Of a stretch of 64,000 bases of DNA, positions 31,073-41,667 are shown piece after piece. This DNA comes from an uncultured Nitrososphaerota archaeon. GTDB taxonomy: Archaea; Thermoproteota; Methanomethylicia; Methanomethylicales; Methanomethylicaceae. The position numbers and the translations under genes were made by a program. Position 1 is the stretch's first letter. Each line of letters opens with the position of its first letter. The stretch lies in the NCBI GenBank assembly GCA_964617245.1, contig CAZTWF010000106.1, positions 25,811 to 89,810 of the forward strand. The letters are read 5' to 3'. The notes beneath the pieces were generated by a model. It ran no database searches. It was not told the origin of the DNA and worked only from the letters and a program-made list of their open reading frames with translations.

Positions 31073-31252
31073 ATGGTAAGAATATTTAAGTGTTCTTTTT
31101 GTAATAAGGAAATTGAACCAGGTACAGGAATGATTTATGTTAGGAATAATGGCACACTTCTTCGTTTTTGTTCAAGTAAATGTAGAAAAAATATGCTTAA
31201 ACTCAGAAGAGAATCTAGAGATTTTAAATGGACCTCTGGGGAAGCTAAATGA
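31073..31252 (+). CDS. rpl24e: 50S ribosomal protein eL24
   Basis: [22 protein letters not shown]. Confidence 0.96.
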   Translation: MVRIFKCSFCNKEIEPGTGMIYVRNNGTLLRFCSSKCRKNMLKLRRESRDFKWTSGEAK

Positions 31253-31692
31253 TAGAGAGAACTTTTGTAATGATAAAACCAGATGCTGTAGTTCGAGGTA
31301 TTATTGGAGAAGTTATCTCTAGAATTGAAAGAAAAGGTTTAAAAATTGTAGGAATGCGAATGATACATTTATCCAAAGAAGAAGCAGAGGAACTTTATTC
31401 TATTCATAAAGATAAACCATTCTTTAGTGAATTGATTAACTTTATAACTTCTGCACCTGTTGTAGTAATGGCTGTAGAAGGAGAAAGTGCAATTTCTGTT
31501 ATGCGTAAGATTATTGGCTCAACAGATTCAAAAGAAGCTTCTCCAGGTACAATAAGAGGGGATTTCTCTTGTTCAAAAAGTATGAATATTATTCATGCAT
31601 CAGATTCCTTAGAAAGTGCAAAAAGAGAACTCTCTATATTTTTTAAAGATTTCCTAAAATATTCACGTGTTGATGAAAATTTTGTTTTTTAA
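31249..31692 (+). CDS. ndk: Nucleoside diphosphate kinase
   Basis: [25 protein letters not shown]. Confidence 0.97.
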   Translation: MIERTFVMIKPDAVVRGIIGEVISRIERKGLKIVGMRMIHLSKEEAEELYSIHKDKPFFSELINFITSAPVVVMAVEGESAISVMRKIIGSTDSKEASPGTIRGDFSCSKSMNIIHASDSLESAKRELSIFFKDFLKYSRVDENFVF

Positions 31693-31810
31693 TTTTATAA
31701 TAAGTCTACTGAAAGTTTATTACTTAAATTATAAAAGTAGCTTTTAGTGCAAGATTGACAAGAGAAATGTATAAACTTTTCTCCTTCTCTTATATCATAG
31801 GGGGTAAAAA

Positions 31811-33611
31811 ATGCCATTAAGACAACCTATTGTTACAGTATTAGGTCATGTTGATGTTGGAAAAACTCTCTTGTTAGATAAAATAAGAGGAACAGCTGTT
31901 ATGACAAGAGAAATTGGGGCCATGACTGCTTAAAAAGCAGTGGCAGACCCAACATATTGGTGCTAGTTTCCTACCTATGAGTGTAATTGTAAATTATTGT
32001 AGAGCTATTATAAAGAATTTTGAAAGTAAACTTCAAATTCCTGGTTTATTAGTAATTGATACACCTGGTCATGAAGTATTTTCAAATTTAAGATTTAGAG
32101 GAGGAGCAGTTTCTGATATTGCTATTCTTGTTATTGATGTATTAAAAGGTGTTGAAAAACAAACAGAAGAATGTATTGAAATACTTAGATCAAAGAAAAC
32201 ACCTTTTGTAGTTGCAGCAAATAAAATAGATAGAATAGATGGATGGAAACCAAATCCAAATAAACCATTTATTGAGTCATATAAAATGCAAGAATCTTAT
32301 GTAAGATCAAGACTAGATGAATTAATTTATAAAATTATTGGTGAATTATCAAGATTTGGTTTTTCTTCTGATAGATATGATAGAGTAAAAGATTTCACAA
32401 GAACTATTGCCATAGTTCCAACAAGTGCTATTACAGGTGAAGGTATTCCAGAACTTCTTGCTATTCTTTGTGGTTTAGCACAACAATATCTAAAAAGTCG
32501 TTTAACAATTACAGAAGGACCTGGAAAAGGTGTTATACTTGAGAAAAAAGAAGAAGCTGGACTTGGTACAACAATAGATGTTATTTTATATGATGGTATC
32601 ATAAAAAAAGGTGATACTATTATTGTTGGTGGAATTGAAGGTCCAATCATAACAAAAGTAAGAGCTCTTTTACTTCCAAAGCCTTTAGATGAAATGAGAG
32701 ATCCAGAAGATAAGTTCCTTCTTGTTGATAAAGTAGTAGCTGCTGCTGGTGTAAAAATTGTTGCAACTAATCTTGAAAAAGCCATAGGAGGAGCTCCTAT
32801 AATTGTAGTTAGTGATGAACAATCTATTGACTCTATTAAAAATAAAATTAAAGAAGAAATTGAAGAAATAAGATTCACATCAGATATAGATGGTGTTATT
32901 GTAAAAGCAGATACGTTAGGCTCATTAGAAGCTCTTATTAGATTTCTTAAGAATTCAGGCATACCTATTAGAATCTCTGATATTGGACCAGTTAGTAAAA
33001 AAGACATTATAGAGGCTACTATTGTAAAAAGGAAAAAACCAGAACTTGGTGCAGTATTGGGATTCAATATAGAAGTTACTCAAGAAGCAGAAATAGAAAG
33101 TAAAAGTAGAAATATTCCTATATTCGTTAGTAATGTAATATATCATGTTGTTGATAACTTTAAGGCTTGGTATTCAAAAATAGTAGAAGAGTTACAAACA
33201 AAAGAATTTAGTAAGATTATTCTTCCTGGAGCTATAAAAGTTCTTCCTGGATATGTATTTAGAAGAAGTGATCCTCCTATATTTGGTATTGAGGTTTTAA
33301 TTGGAACTATTAAGCCAGGTTATTCATTAATGAAGGAAAATGGTGAAATTATAGGAGAAATTATGCAAATACAAGAACATGGAAATAATCTAAATGAAGC
33401 AAAGAAAGGTGCTAAAGTAGCAATTTCAGTAAGAGGTAATTTTACAGTAGGTAGACAAGTTAAAGAAGGAGATATACTTTATGTTTATGTAAGTGATAAT
33501 GATATATTTCTATTAAAAGAAAAATTTAGAGATAAATTATCTCAAGAAGAATTAGAATTACTTGATAAAATACTAAAAATGCAATTAAGTGGTGAGATTA
33601 TTAAAATTTAG
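31811..33611 (+). CDS. infB: Translation initiation factor aIF5B (IF-2), split: exon 1 31811-31924, exon 2 31947-33611; 592 aa after splicing
   Basis: Exon 1 [38 protein letters not shown]; exon 2 [10 protein letters not shown]...DTPGHE...NKID; SD GGGGGT before ATG 31811. Confidence 0.95.
31925..31946 (+). other. 22-nt bulge-helix-bulge mRNA intron in infB
   Basis: TTGGG-GCCA-TG^A-CTGCT-TAAAA-AGCAG-TGGC-AG^A-CCCAA is a canonical BHB; removal restores the frame and the MTQHIG motif. Confidence 0.92.
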
Positions 33612-33671
33612 TACTACGAAAGAATTATAAGCAGTATTTTAATTGATTTTAAAACTGAAATGGTGGTGTAA

Positions 33672-34049
33672 TTGGTAGAATTTAAATTAGTGATATCTAA
33701 TCCAGAAGATGGTACATCAAAAACAGTAGTAGTTAAAGACGAACTTGCTCATGTTTTTATTGGACTAAAAATAGGCGATTTCGTTGATGGAGCACTATTT
33801 GGTTATCCCAATAAGAAACTTATTATAACTGGTGGAAGTGATAAAAGTGGTATTCCTATGCGTCCTGATGTACAGGGTGGAGGAAAGAAATATGTACTAC
33901 TTGCTGGCCCCCCTGGCTATCATCCTAAAAGAAAAGGAGAAAGAAGGAAGAAACTGGTAAGAGGAAATACAATAACAGAAGACATTGTACAAATAAACTT
34001 AGTTATAAAGGAGGAGAAGAATGAGCGAGAACAAACAGCCAGAGTGTAA
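33672..34049 (+). CDS. rps6e: 30S ribosomal protein eS6
   Basis: [31 protein letters not shown]. Confidence 0.97.
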   Translation: MVEFKLVISNPEDGTSKTVVVKDELAHVFIGLKIGDFVDGALFGYPNKKLIITGGSDKSGIPMRPDVQGGGKKYVLLAGPPGYHPKRKGERRKKLVRGNTITEDIVQINLVIKEEKNEREQTARV

Positions 34050-35253
34050 TATTGGTCTTACAGGTCATGTAGATCATGGAAAAACTACTCTTGTAGCTGC
34101 ATTAAGTGGTATATGGGCAGCTCGTCATAGTGAAGAACTGAAAAGAGGTATAACTATAAAATTAGGTTATGCTGATACTACCTTTAGAAAATGTCCTGAA
34201 TGTCCTCCTCCTGAATGTTATACTACAAAGGAAATTTGTCCAATACATAATGTTAAGACAATTTTTCTAAGAAAGATATCCTTTGTAGATGCACCAGGTC
34301 ATGAAAGCCTCATGGCTACAATGCTATCAGGTGCAGCATTAATGGATGGTGCAATACTAGTAATTGCTGCTAATGAAGAATGTCCTCAACCACAAACCAG
34401 AGAACATCTTGTGGCTTTAGAAATAACAGGAATTAAAGATATTGTAATCGTTCAGAATAAAATAGATGCTGTAGATAAACAAAAAGCCTTAGAAAATTAT
34501 AAACAAATTCTTTCATTTATAAAAGGAACAATTGCAGAAAATGCTCCTATTATTCCTGTATCTGCTTTATATGGGACCAATATAGATTATCTTATTCAAA
34601 CATTAGAAGAAAAAATAAAGACACCTTATAGAGATCCAACAAAACCTGCTAGAATATATATAGCAAGATCTTTTGATGTGAATAAGCCTGGTACTTTTCC
34701 AAAGGATTTGAAAGGAGGTGTGATTGGAGGTTCTCTTGTACAAGGAAGATTAAGAATTGGTGATGAATTAGAAATACGTCCTGGTATGAAAATAGAACAA
34801 GGAGGAAAAACATACTATGAGCCAATATATACATATGTTGCTAGTTTAATGGCTGGTGGACAAATATTCAAAGAAGTAGGTCCTGGAGGTCTAGTAGGTA
34901 TTGGTACCTATTTAGATCCTTCTATTACAAAAGCAGATAGTCTTGTTGGTAATATTGCAGGAAAACCTGGCACATTACCACCAGTCCAAAATGAAATAAC
35001 TATAGAATATTTCCTACTAGAACGTGCTGTTGGTACAAAAGATTTACAAAAAGTTGAACAAATAAAAGTGAGAGAAAACTTAATGTTAGTAATAGGACCT
35101 GCAGTAACTTTAGGAGTAGTTACTTCAATTCGTAAAAATGTAGCTCAGTTATTACTTAAACGTCCTTTATGTGCTGAACCTGGAATGCGTATTGCTATAA
35201 GTAGACTTATTTCTAATAGATGGAGACTTATTGGATATGGTTTCATACAATAA
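34021..35253 (+). CDS. eif2g: Translation initiation factor aIF2 gamma
   Basis: [32 protein letters not shown]. Confidence 0.98.
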   Translation: MSENKQPECNIGLTGHVDHGKTTLVAALSGIWAARHSEELKRGITIKLGYADTTFRKCPECPPPECYTTKEICPIHNVKTIFLRKISFVDAPGHESLMATMLSGAALMDGAILVIAANEECPQPQTREHLVALEITGIKDIVIVQNKIDAVDKQKALENYKQILSFIKGTIAENAPIIPVSALYGTNIDYLIQTLEEKIKTPYRDPTKPARIYIARSFDVNKPGTFPKDLKGGVIGGSLVQGRLRIGDELEIRPGMKIEQGGKTYYEPIYTYVASLMAGGQIFKEVGPGGLVGIGTYLDPSITKADSLVGNIAGKPGTLPPVQNEITIEYFLLERAVGTKDLQKVEQIKVRENLMLVIGPAVTLGVVTSIRKNVAQLLLKRPLCAEPGMRIAISRLISNRWRLIGYGFIQ

Positions 35254-35623
35254 ACCAGTTTTACTTGATACAAATATTATAATTTATGCTGTTTCTGAAC
35301 CTTTTGATTTAATATCTCAAATAAAAGAAATTGGATTTAATGATATAGTCATCATAGAGAGTATTATAAAAGAACTTAAAAGATTATCTACTAAAGGTAA
35401 TAATAAGGAAAGAAAATTTGCTAAACTTGCATTAGATCTTTGTAAAAAATTTAGAATAGAAAAAGATCCACCAATTACTGGAAGTATTGATGATAAAATT
35501 ATATATGTTGCAAAAAATAAAGGCTATATTATTGCAACTTCAGATGTTTTATTAAGAGGGAGATTAAAAGAATTAGGTCTTACAACAATATATCTAAAAG
35601 ATAAAAGACTTCAATTAGATTAA
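35237..35623 (+). CDS. PIN-domain protein (Fcf1/Utp24-like)
   Basis: LLDTN, IDDKI, IATSD; conserved position after aIF2gamma. Confidence 0.88.
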   Translation: MVSYNKPVLLDTNIIIYAVSEPFDLISQIKEIGFNDIVIIESIIKELKRLSTKGNNKERKFAKLALDLCKKFRIEKDPPITGSIDDKIIYVAKNKGYIIATSDVLLRGRLKELGLTTIYLKDKRLQLD

Positions 35624-35691
35624 AATTATTAAGTATTAAATTTATATAGTATATTTTTATTGTTTACTATAAGTTAATTTGGTGATAAATA

Positions 35692-36282
35692 ATGTTTAAA
35701 CTTTTACAAGTTAATGATGTAGTTAGAATACCACCAGATAAATTTGATAGCCCTTTAGAAGCTGTAGCAACTGAAGTATTAAGAGCCACATATGAAGGGA
35801 CTGTATCCCGTGAACTTGGTATTATAATTGCAGTTCTAAATGTAAAAGTTTCAGATATTGGAAAAATTTTACCTGGTAATGGTGGTATTTATCATAAAGT
35901 ATCCTTTGATCTTCTTGTATTTATGCCTGTTATTCAAGAAGTTATTGAAGGAGAAGTAGTTGATGTAACAGATTTTGGTGTTTTTGTTAGAATTGGGCCT
36001 ATCGATGGTTTAATTCATATTTCTCAAATTATAGATGATTTTATAACATATGATGAAAAACGTGGTGCATTAATGGGCAAAGAAACACATCGTATATTAG
36101 AAAAAGGGATGATAGTAAGAGCTAGAATAATAACTGTAAGTCTAAGTACAGGTCCATCTCGTAGTAGTAAAATAGGTCTTACTATGCGTCAACCATTTCT
36201 TGGTGCAATTTCTTGGATAGAAGAAGATATTAATAAATCTATAAAAGAAGTTAAAAAAGAGGTTAAAAAAGAAGGTAAGTAA
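35692..36282 (+). CDS. rpoE1: RNA polymerase subunit E' (Rpo7)
   Basis: VRIPP, FGVFVRIGPIDGLIHISQ, IGLTMRQPFLG. Confidence 0.97.
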   Translation: MFKLLQVNDVVRIPPDKFDSPLEAVATEVLRATYEGTVSRELGIIIAVLNVKVSDIGKILPGNGGIYHKVSFDLLVFMPVIQEVIEGEVVDVTDFGVFVRIGPIDGLIHISQIIDDFITYDEKRGALMGKETHRILEKGMIVRARIITVSLSTGPSRSSKIGLTMRQPFLGAISWIEEDINKSIKEVKKEVKKEGK

Positions 36283-36284
36283 TA

Positions 36285-36494
36285 ATGAAGAAAGATAAAC
36301 CTTCTTCAATTAAATTTGTATGTAGAAAATGTAAGTATATATTAGGTGAAGATGAAACAAAATGTCCAATATGTGGTGGAAGTGATTTAACTGAAGATTG
36401 GGAAGGTTTAATAATAATACTTGATACTTCTTCTGCTTTAGCTGAAGTAATAAATGCTAAAAGACCAGGAAGATATGCTATAAAAGTACGCTAA
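36285..36494 (+). CDS. spt4: Transcription elongation factor Spt4 (RpoE'')
   Basis: CRKC..CPICG, DWEGLIII, PGRYAIKVR. Confidence 0.96.
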   Translation: MKKDKPSSIKFVCRKCKYILGEDETKCPICGGSDLTEDWEGLIIILDTSSALAEVINAKRPGRYAIKVR

Positions 36495-36505
36495 GAGGAT
36501 TGTAA

Positions 36506-37015
36506 TTGGGGCTTTTAAGACTTCCTGAAGAACTTCGTTCAGAATTATCAAAACCTCTTGGTTTTTTACTTGAGAATACTATTGATAATAATGTAATATA
36601 TGTTTTAAATTTAATTAAAGAGAAAAATCCTCCTAAGGTTATAATTGTTGGTGATTATGTACTTTCAGCATTTATTAAGTATAATTATATTCCAGATATT
36701 GGAATATTTGATAAGAAAAGTAAAAGATCACCTTTTCAATTAAGTATTAATCCTGACATATGTATAAAGAATCCAGCAGGTCATTTATCAGATGAAGCTA
36801 TAGATATTATAAAAAGTGCATTAAATTCTCAAAAAAAATTAATGATATATGTTGAGGGAGAGGAAGATTTGTTAGCATTACCAGCTATTATATTCTCACC
36901 AATTAATTCATTTATAATCTATGGTTTAATGGATAGAGGAATGGTTATTGTAATAAATGATGAAGAGAAAAAAATAAAATTATATGAAATTCTTAAAAGA
37001 TTTGAAAGAGTTTAA
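36506..37015 (+). CDS. GTP-dependent dephospho-CoA kinase (DUF359)
   Basis: LRSELSKPLG, VGDYV, NPAG, VEGEEDLLALP. Confidence 0.9.
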   Translation: MGLLRLPEELRSELSKPLGFLLENTIDNNVIYVLNLIKEKNPPKVIIVGDYVLSAFIKYNYIPDIGIFDKKSKRSPFQLSINPDICIKNPAGHLSDEAIDIIKSALNSQKKLMIYVEGEEDLLALPAIIFSPINSFIIYGLMDRGMVIVINDEEKKIKLYEILKRFERV

Positions 37016-37022
37016 AAAGAAT

Positions 37023-38267
37023 TTAAATCCAGCCTCTTGTTTTCATTGCATCAACTACTCTACTTATTGCACAAATATATGCTGCCATTCTCATATCTAC
37101 ATTGTAGTTACAATAAGTTTCATAAACTCTATTAAAAGCTTTTACTAGTAATTTATCAAGTTTATCAAATACTTCTTCCTTACTCCAATAATATCCTTGT
37201 AGATTCTGAACCCATTCAAAGTATGATACACTAACACCTCCAGCATTTGCTAATATATCTGGTACTACCATGCTCCCTTTCTTATGAAGTATATCATCAG
37301 CCTCAGGTGTTGTAGGTCCATTTGCACCTTCTAATATTAATTTTGCTTTTATTCTATCAGCATTTTTCTCAGTTATTTGATTTTCAAGTGCTGCTGGAAT
37401 AAGTATATCACATTCTTTCTCTAATAATTCTTCATTACTTACTACTTCAGCTCCAGGATAATTAATAACACTTCCAGTTTTTTTCTTAAATTCTAAAACA
37501 GCATCAGCTGAAAAACCATCTTTATTGTAAATTCCTCCTCTTGAATCACTTATTCCAATAATTTTACAACCTAATTTTTCCATGAAATATGCAGAATAAT
37601 AGCCTACATTTCCAAATCCTTGTACTATTACTTTTGCATTTTTTAAATCAATATTTAATTTCTTTGCAGCTTCTCTTCCTACTATAGCAACACCAAGTCC
37701 AGTGGCTTCTGTCCTTCCTTCTGATCCACCTATATTTACAGGTTTACCTGTAATTACACCTGGAACATTATATCCTTTCCATTTACTATATTCATCCATG
37801 AACCATGCCATTTCTCTACTTGAAGTATTTACATCTCCTGCAGGAATGTCTATTTCTGGTCCTACAATTCTTGATATTGCATAAAAGTAACCTCTTGATA
37901 ATCTTTCTATTTCACCAATACTCATTTCTTTTGGATTACAAATAACTCCTCCTTTTCCTCCTCCATATGGCAATCCTACTACTGAACACTTCCATGTCAT
38001 CCACATTGACAATGCAATTACTTCTTCCATTGTGACATTTGGATGATATCGTATACCTCCTTTAAATGGCCCTAAAGCATCATTATGTTGAGATCTAAAA
38101 CCTCTAAATACTTTTATGGTACCATTATCCATTCTTACAGGAATATATACACATAGAACTCTTTTTGGATATTTGAGAATTTCATGTGCATTTGGGTCTA
38201 AGTTCATTATTTTTGCACATTTATTTAATTGTTCTAAAGCCATTTCATATGGATTTCTTTCGTACAT
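37023..38267 (-). CDS. gdhA: Glutamate dehydrogenase
   Basis: GPFKGGIRYHP, GGGKGG, GSEGRTEATG, QGFGNVG, EGANGPTT. Confidence 0.96.
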   Translation of the reverse strand: MYERNPYEMALEQLNKCAKIMNLDPNAHEILKYPKRVLCVYIPVRMDNGTIKVFRGFRSQHNDALGPFKGGIRYHPNVTMEEVIALSMWMTWKCSVVGLPYGGGKGGVICNPKEMSIGEIERLSRGYFYAISRIVGPEIDIPAGDVNTSSREMAWFMDEYSKWKGYNVPGVITGKPVNIGGSEGRTEATGLGVAIVGREAAKKLNIDLKNAKVIVQGFGNVGYYSAYFMEKLGCKIIGISDSRGGIYNKDGFSADAVLEFKKKTGSVINYPGAEVVSNEELLEKECDILIPAALENQITEKNADRIKAKLILEGANGPTTPEADDILHKKGSMVVPDILANAGGVSVSYFEWVQNLQGYYWSKEEVFDKLDKLLVKAFNRVYETYCNYNVDMRMAAYICAISRVVDAMKTRGWI

Positions 38268-38457
38268 AGTCTTCACTAGTTCAAAATGTTTTATTAAACT
38301 TACTAATATTCTTTTCCTTATTTAAATTAAGATTTTTTATAAAAGCTATTTATTTTATTAAAAAATTTAAAAATATTAAGAAATTCTTAATGGAAGTTAG
38401 ATTATCAACTACCGATAAGCTAAAAAAGGTGCTTTTTCTCTACTTTCTTGATCTAAT

Positions 38458-38775
38458 ATGTCTTCAGAGGGAATACAAATCTCTATAATTGATGATAAAT
38501 ATAACTCTGTTATGCAACGAAGAGAACTTAAGGTAGAGATAGTTTCAAAGAGTACTCCAAGTAGAGATTCATTAAGAAAAATTCTAGCAGATTTCTTTAA
38601 AGTTCCAGTAGAATGTCTTTTTGTAATAAATTGTATTACATCATTTGGAACAAATACTTCAATATGTAGAGTTCATATCTATAATGATGCAGAATATGGA
38701 AAAAAGATAGAACCAAAATACATACAATTAAGAAATTTACCAAGAGAAGAACGTAAAAAATTAATGAGTAAGTAG
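38458..38775 (+). CDS. rps24e: 30S ribosomal protein eS24
   Basis: NSVMQRREL, TPSR, TSFG, HIY; precedes eS31. Confidence 0.92.
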   Translation: MSSEGIQISIIDDKYNSVMQRRELKVEIVSKSTPSRDSLRKILADFFKVPVECLFVINCITSFGTNTSICRVHIYNDAEYGKKIEPKYIQLRNLPREERKKLMSK

Positions 38776-38783
38776 GTGAATTT

Positions 38784-38954
38784 ATGGCAAAGAAAACAAA
38801 ACCACATGAACTTTATGAATATGATTATTCTAAAGGTACAATAAAACCAAAAAATAAGATATGTTCAAGATGTGGAAAATTTATGGCAAAACATACAAAA
38901 CCAGTTCCAAGATGGGCTTGTGGATATTGTGGATACACAATATTTATACATTAA
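38784..38954 (+). CDS. rps27ae: 30S ribosomal protein S27ae (eS31; not in ORF track)
   Basis: MAKKTKPHELYEYDYSKGTIKPKNKICSRCGKFMAKHTKPVPRWACGYCGYTIFIH; SD AGGTGA. Confidence 0.95.
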   Translation: MAKKTKPHELYEYDYSKGTIKPKNKICSRCGKFMAKHTKPVPRWACGYCGYTIFIH

Positions 38955-38964
38955 GGTATAATCT

Positions 38965-39957
38965 ATGAAAGTTTACATAATGGGTATAGAATCTACAGCT
39001 CATACTTTTGGTTGTAGCATTGTAACATCTAATGGAGAAATATTATCAAATGTAAAATCTGAATATGTCCCTCCTTCTGGAGGAATACATCCAAGAGAAG
39101 CTAGTCAACATCATTCTCAAAAAGCATTATCTGTAATAAAAAAAGCTTTAGAAGAAGCAAAAATTTCTATTTATGATATAGATGGAGTAGCTATATCCTT
39201 AGGTCCAGGATTAGGTCCATGTCTTAGAACTGGTGCTACAATTGCAAGAGCTATTGCATTATTAATAAATAAACCATTAATTCCTGTAAATCATTGTGTA
39301 GCTCATATAGAAATAGGAAGATTGGTTACTAAAGAAGAAGATCCTTTAGTAGTATATGTTTCTGGTGGAAATACTATAATTTCAGCTTTTTCAGATGGTA
39401 GATATAGAGTATTTGGAGAGACTTTAGATATTGCCTTAGGAAATTGTCTTGATGTATTTGCTAGATACTTAGGATTATCTCATCCTGGTGTTCCAAAACT
39501 TGAAGCTTTAGCAGATAAAGGAAAGAATTTTATTTTCCTACCATATATAGTAAAAGGACAAGATGTTTCTTATTCTGGTTTATTAACAACAGCAATAAAA
39601 TATATTGGAAAATATGATCCATGTGATTTAAGTATGAGTTTATTAGAAACAGCTTATGGTATGTTAGCAGAAGTAACAGAAAGAGCTTTAGCTCATACAG
39701 AAAAAACCTCTTTACTTCTTACAGGAGGAGTTGCAAGAAGTTTACGTTTACAAAGAATTTTAAAATCTGTTTGTGAAGAACATTCAGCAAGATTTCATGT
39801 AGTTCCTCCTGAACTTGCTGGAGATAATGCTGCTATGATTGCTTGGACAGGATATTTAGCATATAAAGAAAATATTACCATACCAATAGAATCAAGTTTT
39901 ATAAAACAGAGATGGCGACTTGATGAGGTTGAAATTCCATGGAGAATGAAATATTAA
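38965..39957 (+). CDS. kae1: KEOPS t6A synthase Kae1
   Basis: GIESTAHTFG, GGIHPREA, HCVAHIE, GETLDIALGN. Confidence 0.97.
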   Translation: MKVYIMGIESTAHTFGCSIVTSNGEILSNVKSEYVPPSGGIHPREASQHHSQKALSVIKKALEEAKISIYDIDGVAISLGPGLGPCLRTGATIARAIALLINKPLIPVNHCVAHIEIGRLVTKEEDPLVVYVSGGNTIISAFSDGRYRVFGETLDIALGNCLDVFARYLGLSHPGVPKLEALADKGKNFIFLPYIVKGQDVSYSGLLTTAIKYIGKYDPCDLSMSLLETAYGMLAEVTERALAHTEKTSLLLTGGVARSLRLQRILKSVCEEHSARFHVVPPELAGDNAAMIAWTGYLAYKENITIPIESSFIKQRWRLDEVEIPWRMKY

Positions 39958-40586
39958 TAAAAAAAGGAGCTGAAGCTGAACTTTATAAAAGTATATGGAT
40001 GAATAGAGAGGTAGTAATAAAACGAAGAAAAAGTAAAACTTATCGAAATCCTGATTTAGATAGATATATTCGTGTACATAGAACAAGTTTAGAAGCTAGA
40101 CTCCTTTCAGATGCAAGAAAACTTGGTATTCCTACTCCAATTATATATGATGTTGATTTAAATAACACTCAAATAATTATGAGTTTTATTAAAGGTCCAC
40201 AATTAAAGAATTTAATTCCAAAAATGAGTAAAGAATGTATGAGGAAAATATTTATAGAAATAGGAAGATTAGTTGGTTTATTACATAAAGGTGGAATTGT
40301 TCATGGTGATTTAACAACTTCAAATATGTTAATACAAAATGATATGATTTTCTTTATAGATTTTGGATTAGGAGGTTATACAAAGGATATTGAAGCAAGA
40401 GGTGTAGATATCCATTTGATGCGAAGAGCTATTGAAAGTTTATATTATGAATTTTCAGAATTTGCATATGAAAGTTTTATTATTGGATATAAAGAAATAA
40501 TGTTAGATGAAGCAAATGATATATTAAAAAGAGTAATTGAAATAAGAAAAAGAGGAAGATATGTAGAAGGTGATAGGCATAAGTGA
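39939..40586 (+). CDS. bud32: KEOPS kinase/ATPase Bud32
   Basis: GAEA, HGDLTTSN, IDFGL, RGRY. Confidence 0.96.
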   Translation: MENEILIKKGAEAELYKSIWMNREVVIKRRKSKTYRNPDLDRYIRVHRTSLEARLLSDARKLGIPTPIIYDVDLNNTQIIMSFIKGPQLKNLIPKMSKECMRKIFIEIGRLVGLLHKGGIVHGDLTTSNMLIQNDMIFFIDFGLGGYTKDIEARGVDIHLMRRAIESLYYEFSEFAYESFIIGYKEIMLDEANDILKRVIEIRKRGRYVEGDRHK

Positions 40587-41151
40587 AATATATTTTATAA
40601 CAAGTAATGATCATAAAGTAAAAGAAGCAAATCGAATTTTATCACAATTTAACATCCATTTAAAAAAATTAAATATAAAAAAACTAGAAATACAATCTAA
40701 TTCTCTTGAGAAAATTGTAAAATATTCATTATTATATGCTATAAAAAAGCTAAATAATGAATTAATTATTGAAGATTCAGGTCTTTTTATAAAGAAGCTT
40801 AATGGTTTTCCAGGACCTTTTTCTTCTTATGTTTATAAAAGACTAAGATGTAATGGAATATTAAAATTAATGCAAGATATATCAGATAGAAGAGCATTAT
40901 TCAAATGTGTTGTTGGTTATTGTTCTCCTAATACTAAACCAGTAATCTTTCATGGTATTTGTTATGGAAATATATCATATGAAATACGAGGCTCTCATGG
41001 ATTTGGTTTTGATCCGATTTTCATTCCTGATAATTCTAATGGACTTACATTTTCTGAATTATTACCTGAAGAAAAAGATAAATTCTCTCATCGTGGAATT
41101 GCATTTAGAAAATTTGGGGAATGGTATATAAATAATATTGCTAAACCTTAA
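40570..41151 (+). CDS. rdgB: XTP/dITP diphosphatase (RdgB/Ham1)
   Basis: TSNDHK, EDSGL, GFGFDPIF, SHRG. Confidence 0.95.
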   Translation: MIGISEIYFITSNDHKVKEANRILSQFNIHLKKLNIKKLEIQSNSLEKIVKYSLLYAIKKLNNELIIEDSGLFIKKLNGFPGPFSSYVYKRLRCNGILKLMQDISDRRALFKCVVGYCSPNTKPVIFHGICYGNISYEIRGSHGFGFDPIFIPDNSNGLTFSELLPEEKDKFSHRGIAFRKFGEWYINNIAKP

Positions 41152-41194
41152 ATAACAGTTTATCTCTTTATCGCTTACATATAGGTGAGAGTAT

Positions 41195-41641
41195 TTGAAG
41201 AAAAGTAAAAGAAAAGGTAAATCACATTCAACCAGACCTATAACAACTATTTCCAAATGGGTAAAATATACTCCAGAAGAGATAGAATCTTTAGTAGTTG
41301 AACTTGCAAAAAAGGGAATACCTCCTTCTCAGATTGGTATTATTCTTAGGGATCAATATGGTATACCCTTAGTTAGGCAAATAACTGGTAAGCGGATCTG
41401 TGAAATACTAGAAGAAAGAAAATTATTACCTACCATACCAGAAGATTTACATAACTTAATAAAACGTGCTAGTAGAGCTAGAAGACATTTAGAAGAACAT
41501 CCAAAAGATATGAGCTCTAAAAGAGGTCTACAGCTCATAGAGTCTAAAATAAATAGACTTGCCAAATACTATATATCTATAGGCAGATTACCTTCTGATT
41601 GGAAATATGTACCAGAGAAAGTATCTATATTATCAAAATAA
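41195..41641 (+). CDS. rps15: 30S ribosomal protein uS15
   Basis: [28 protein letters not shown]. Confidence 0.97.
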   Translation: MKKSKRKGKSHSTRPITTISKWVKYTPEEIESLVVELAKKGIPPSQIGIILRDQYGIPLVRQITGKRICEILEERKLLPTIPEDLHNLIKRASRARRHLEEHPKDMSSKRGLQLIESKINRLAKYYISIGRLPSDWKYVPEKVSILSK

Positions 41642-41667
41642 GAAATTAGCAAACTAAAGGGGATATT

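Noticed and set aside
32327..33067. 246-aa antisense ORF within infB
   Set aside because: Shadow of sense-strand codon bias; Ser/Ile/Phe-rich with no motifs.
31811..33611. infB as a pseudogene, programmed frameshift, intein host, or a gene starting at ATG 31977
   Set aside because: Starting at 31977 drops G1/G2. A simple frameshift would leave about 7 extra residues in switch I. There is no intein sequence. Predicted BHB cut sites restore the motif exactly.
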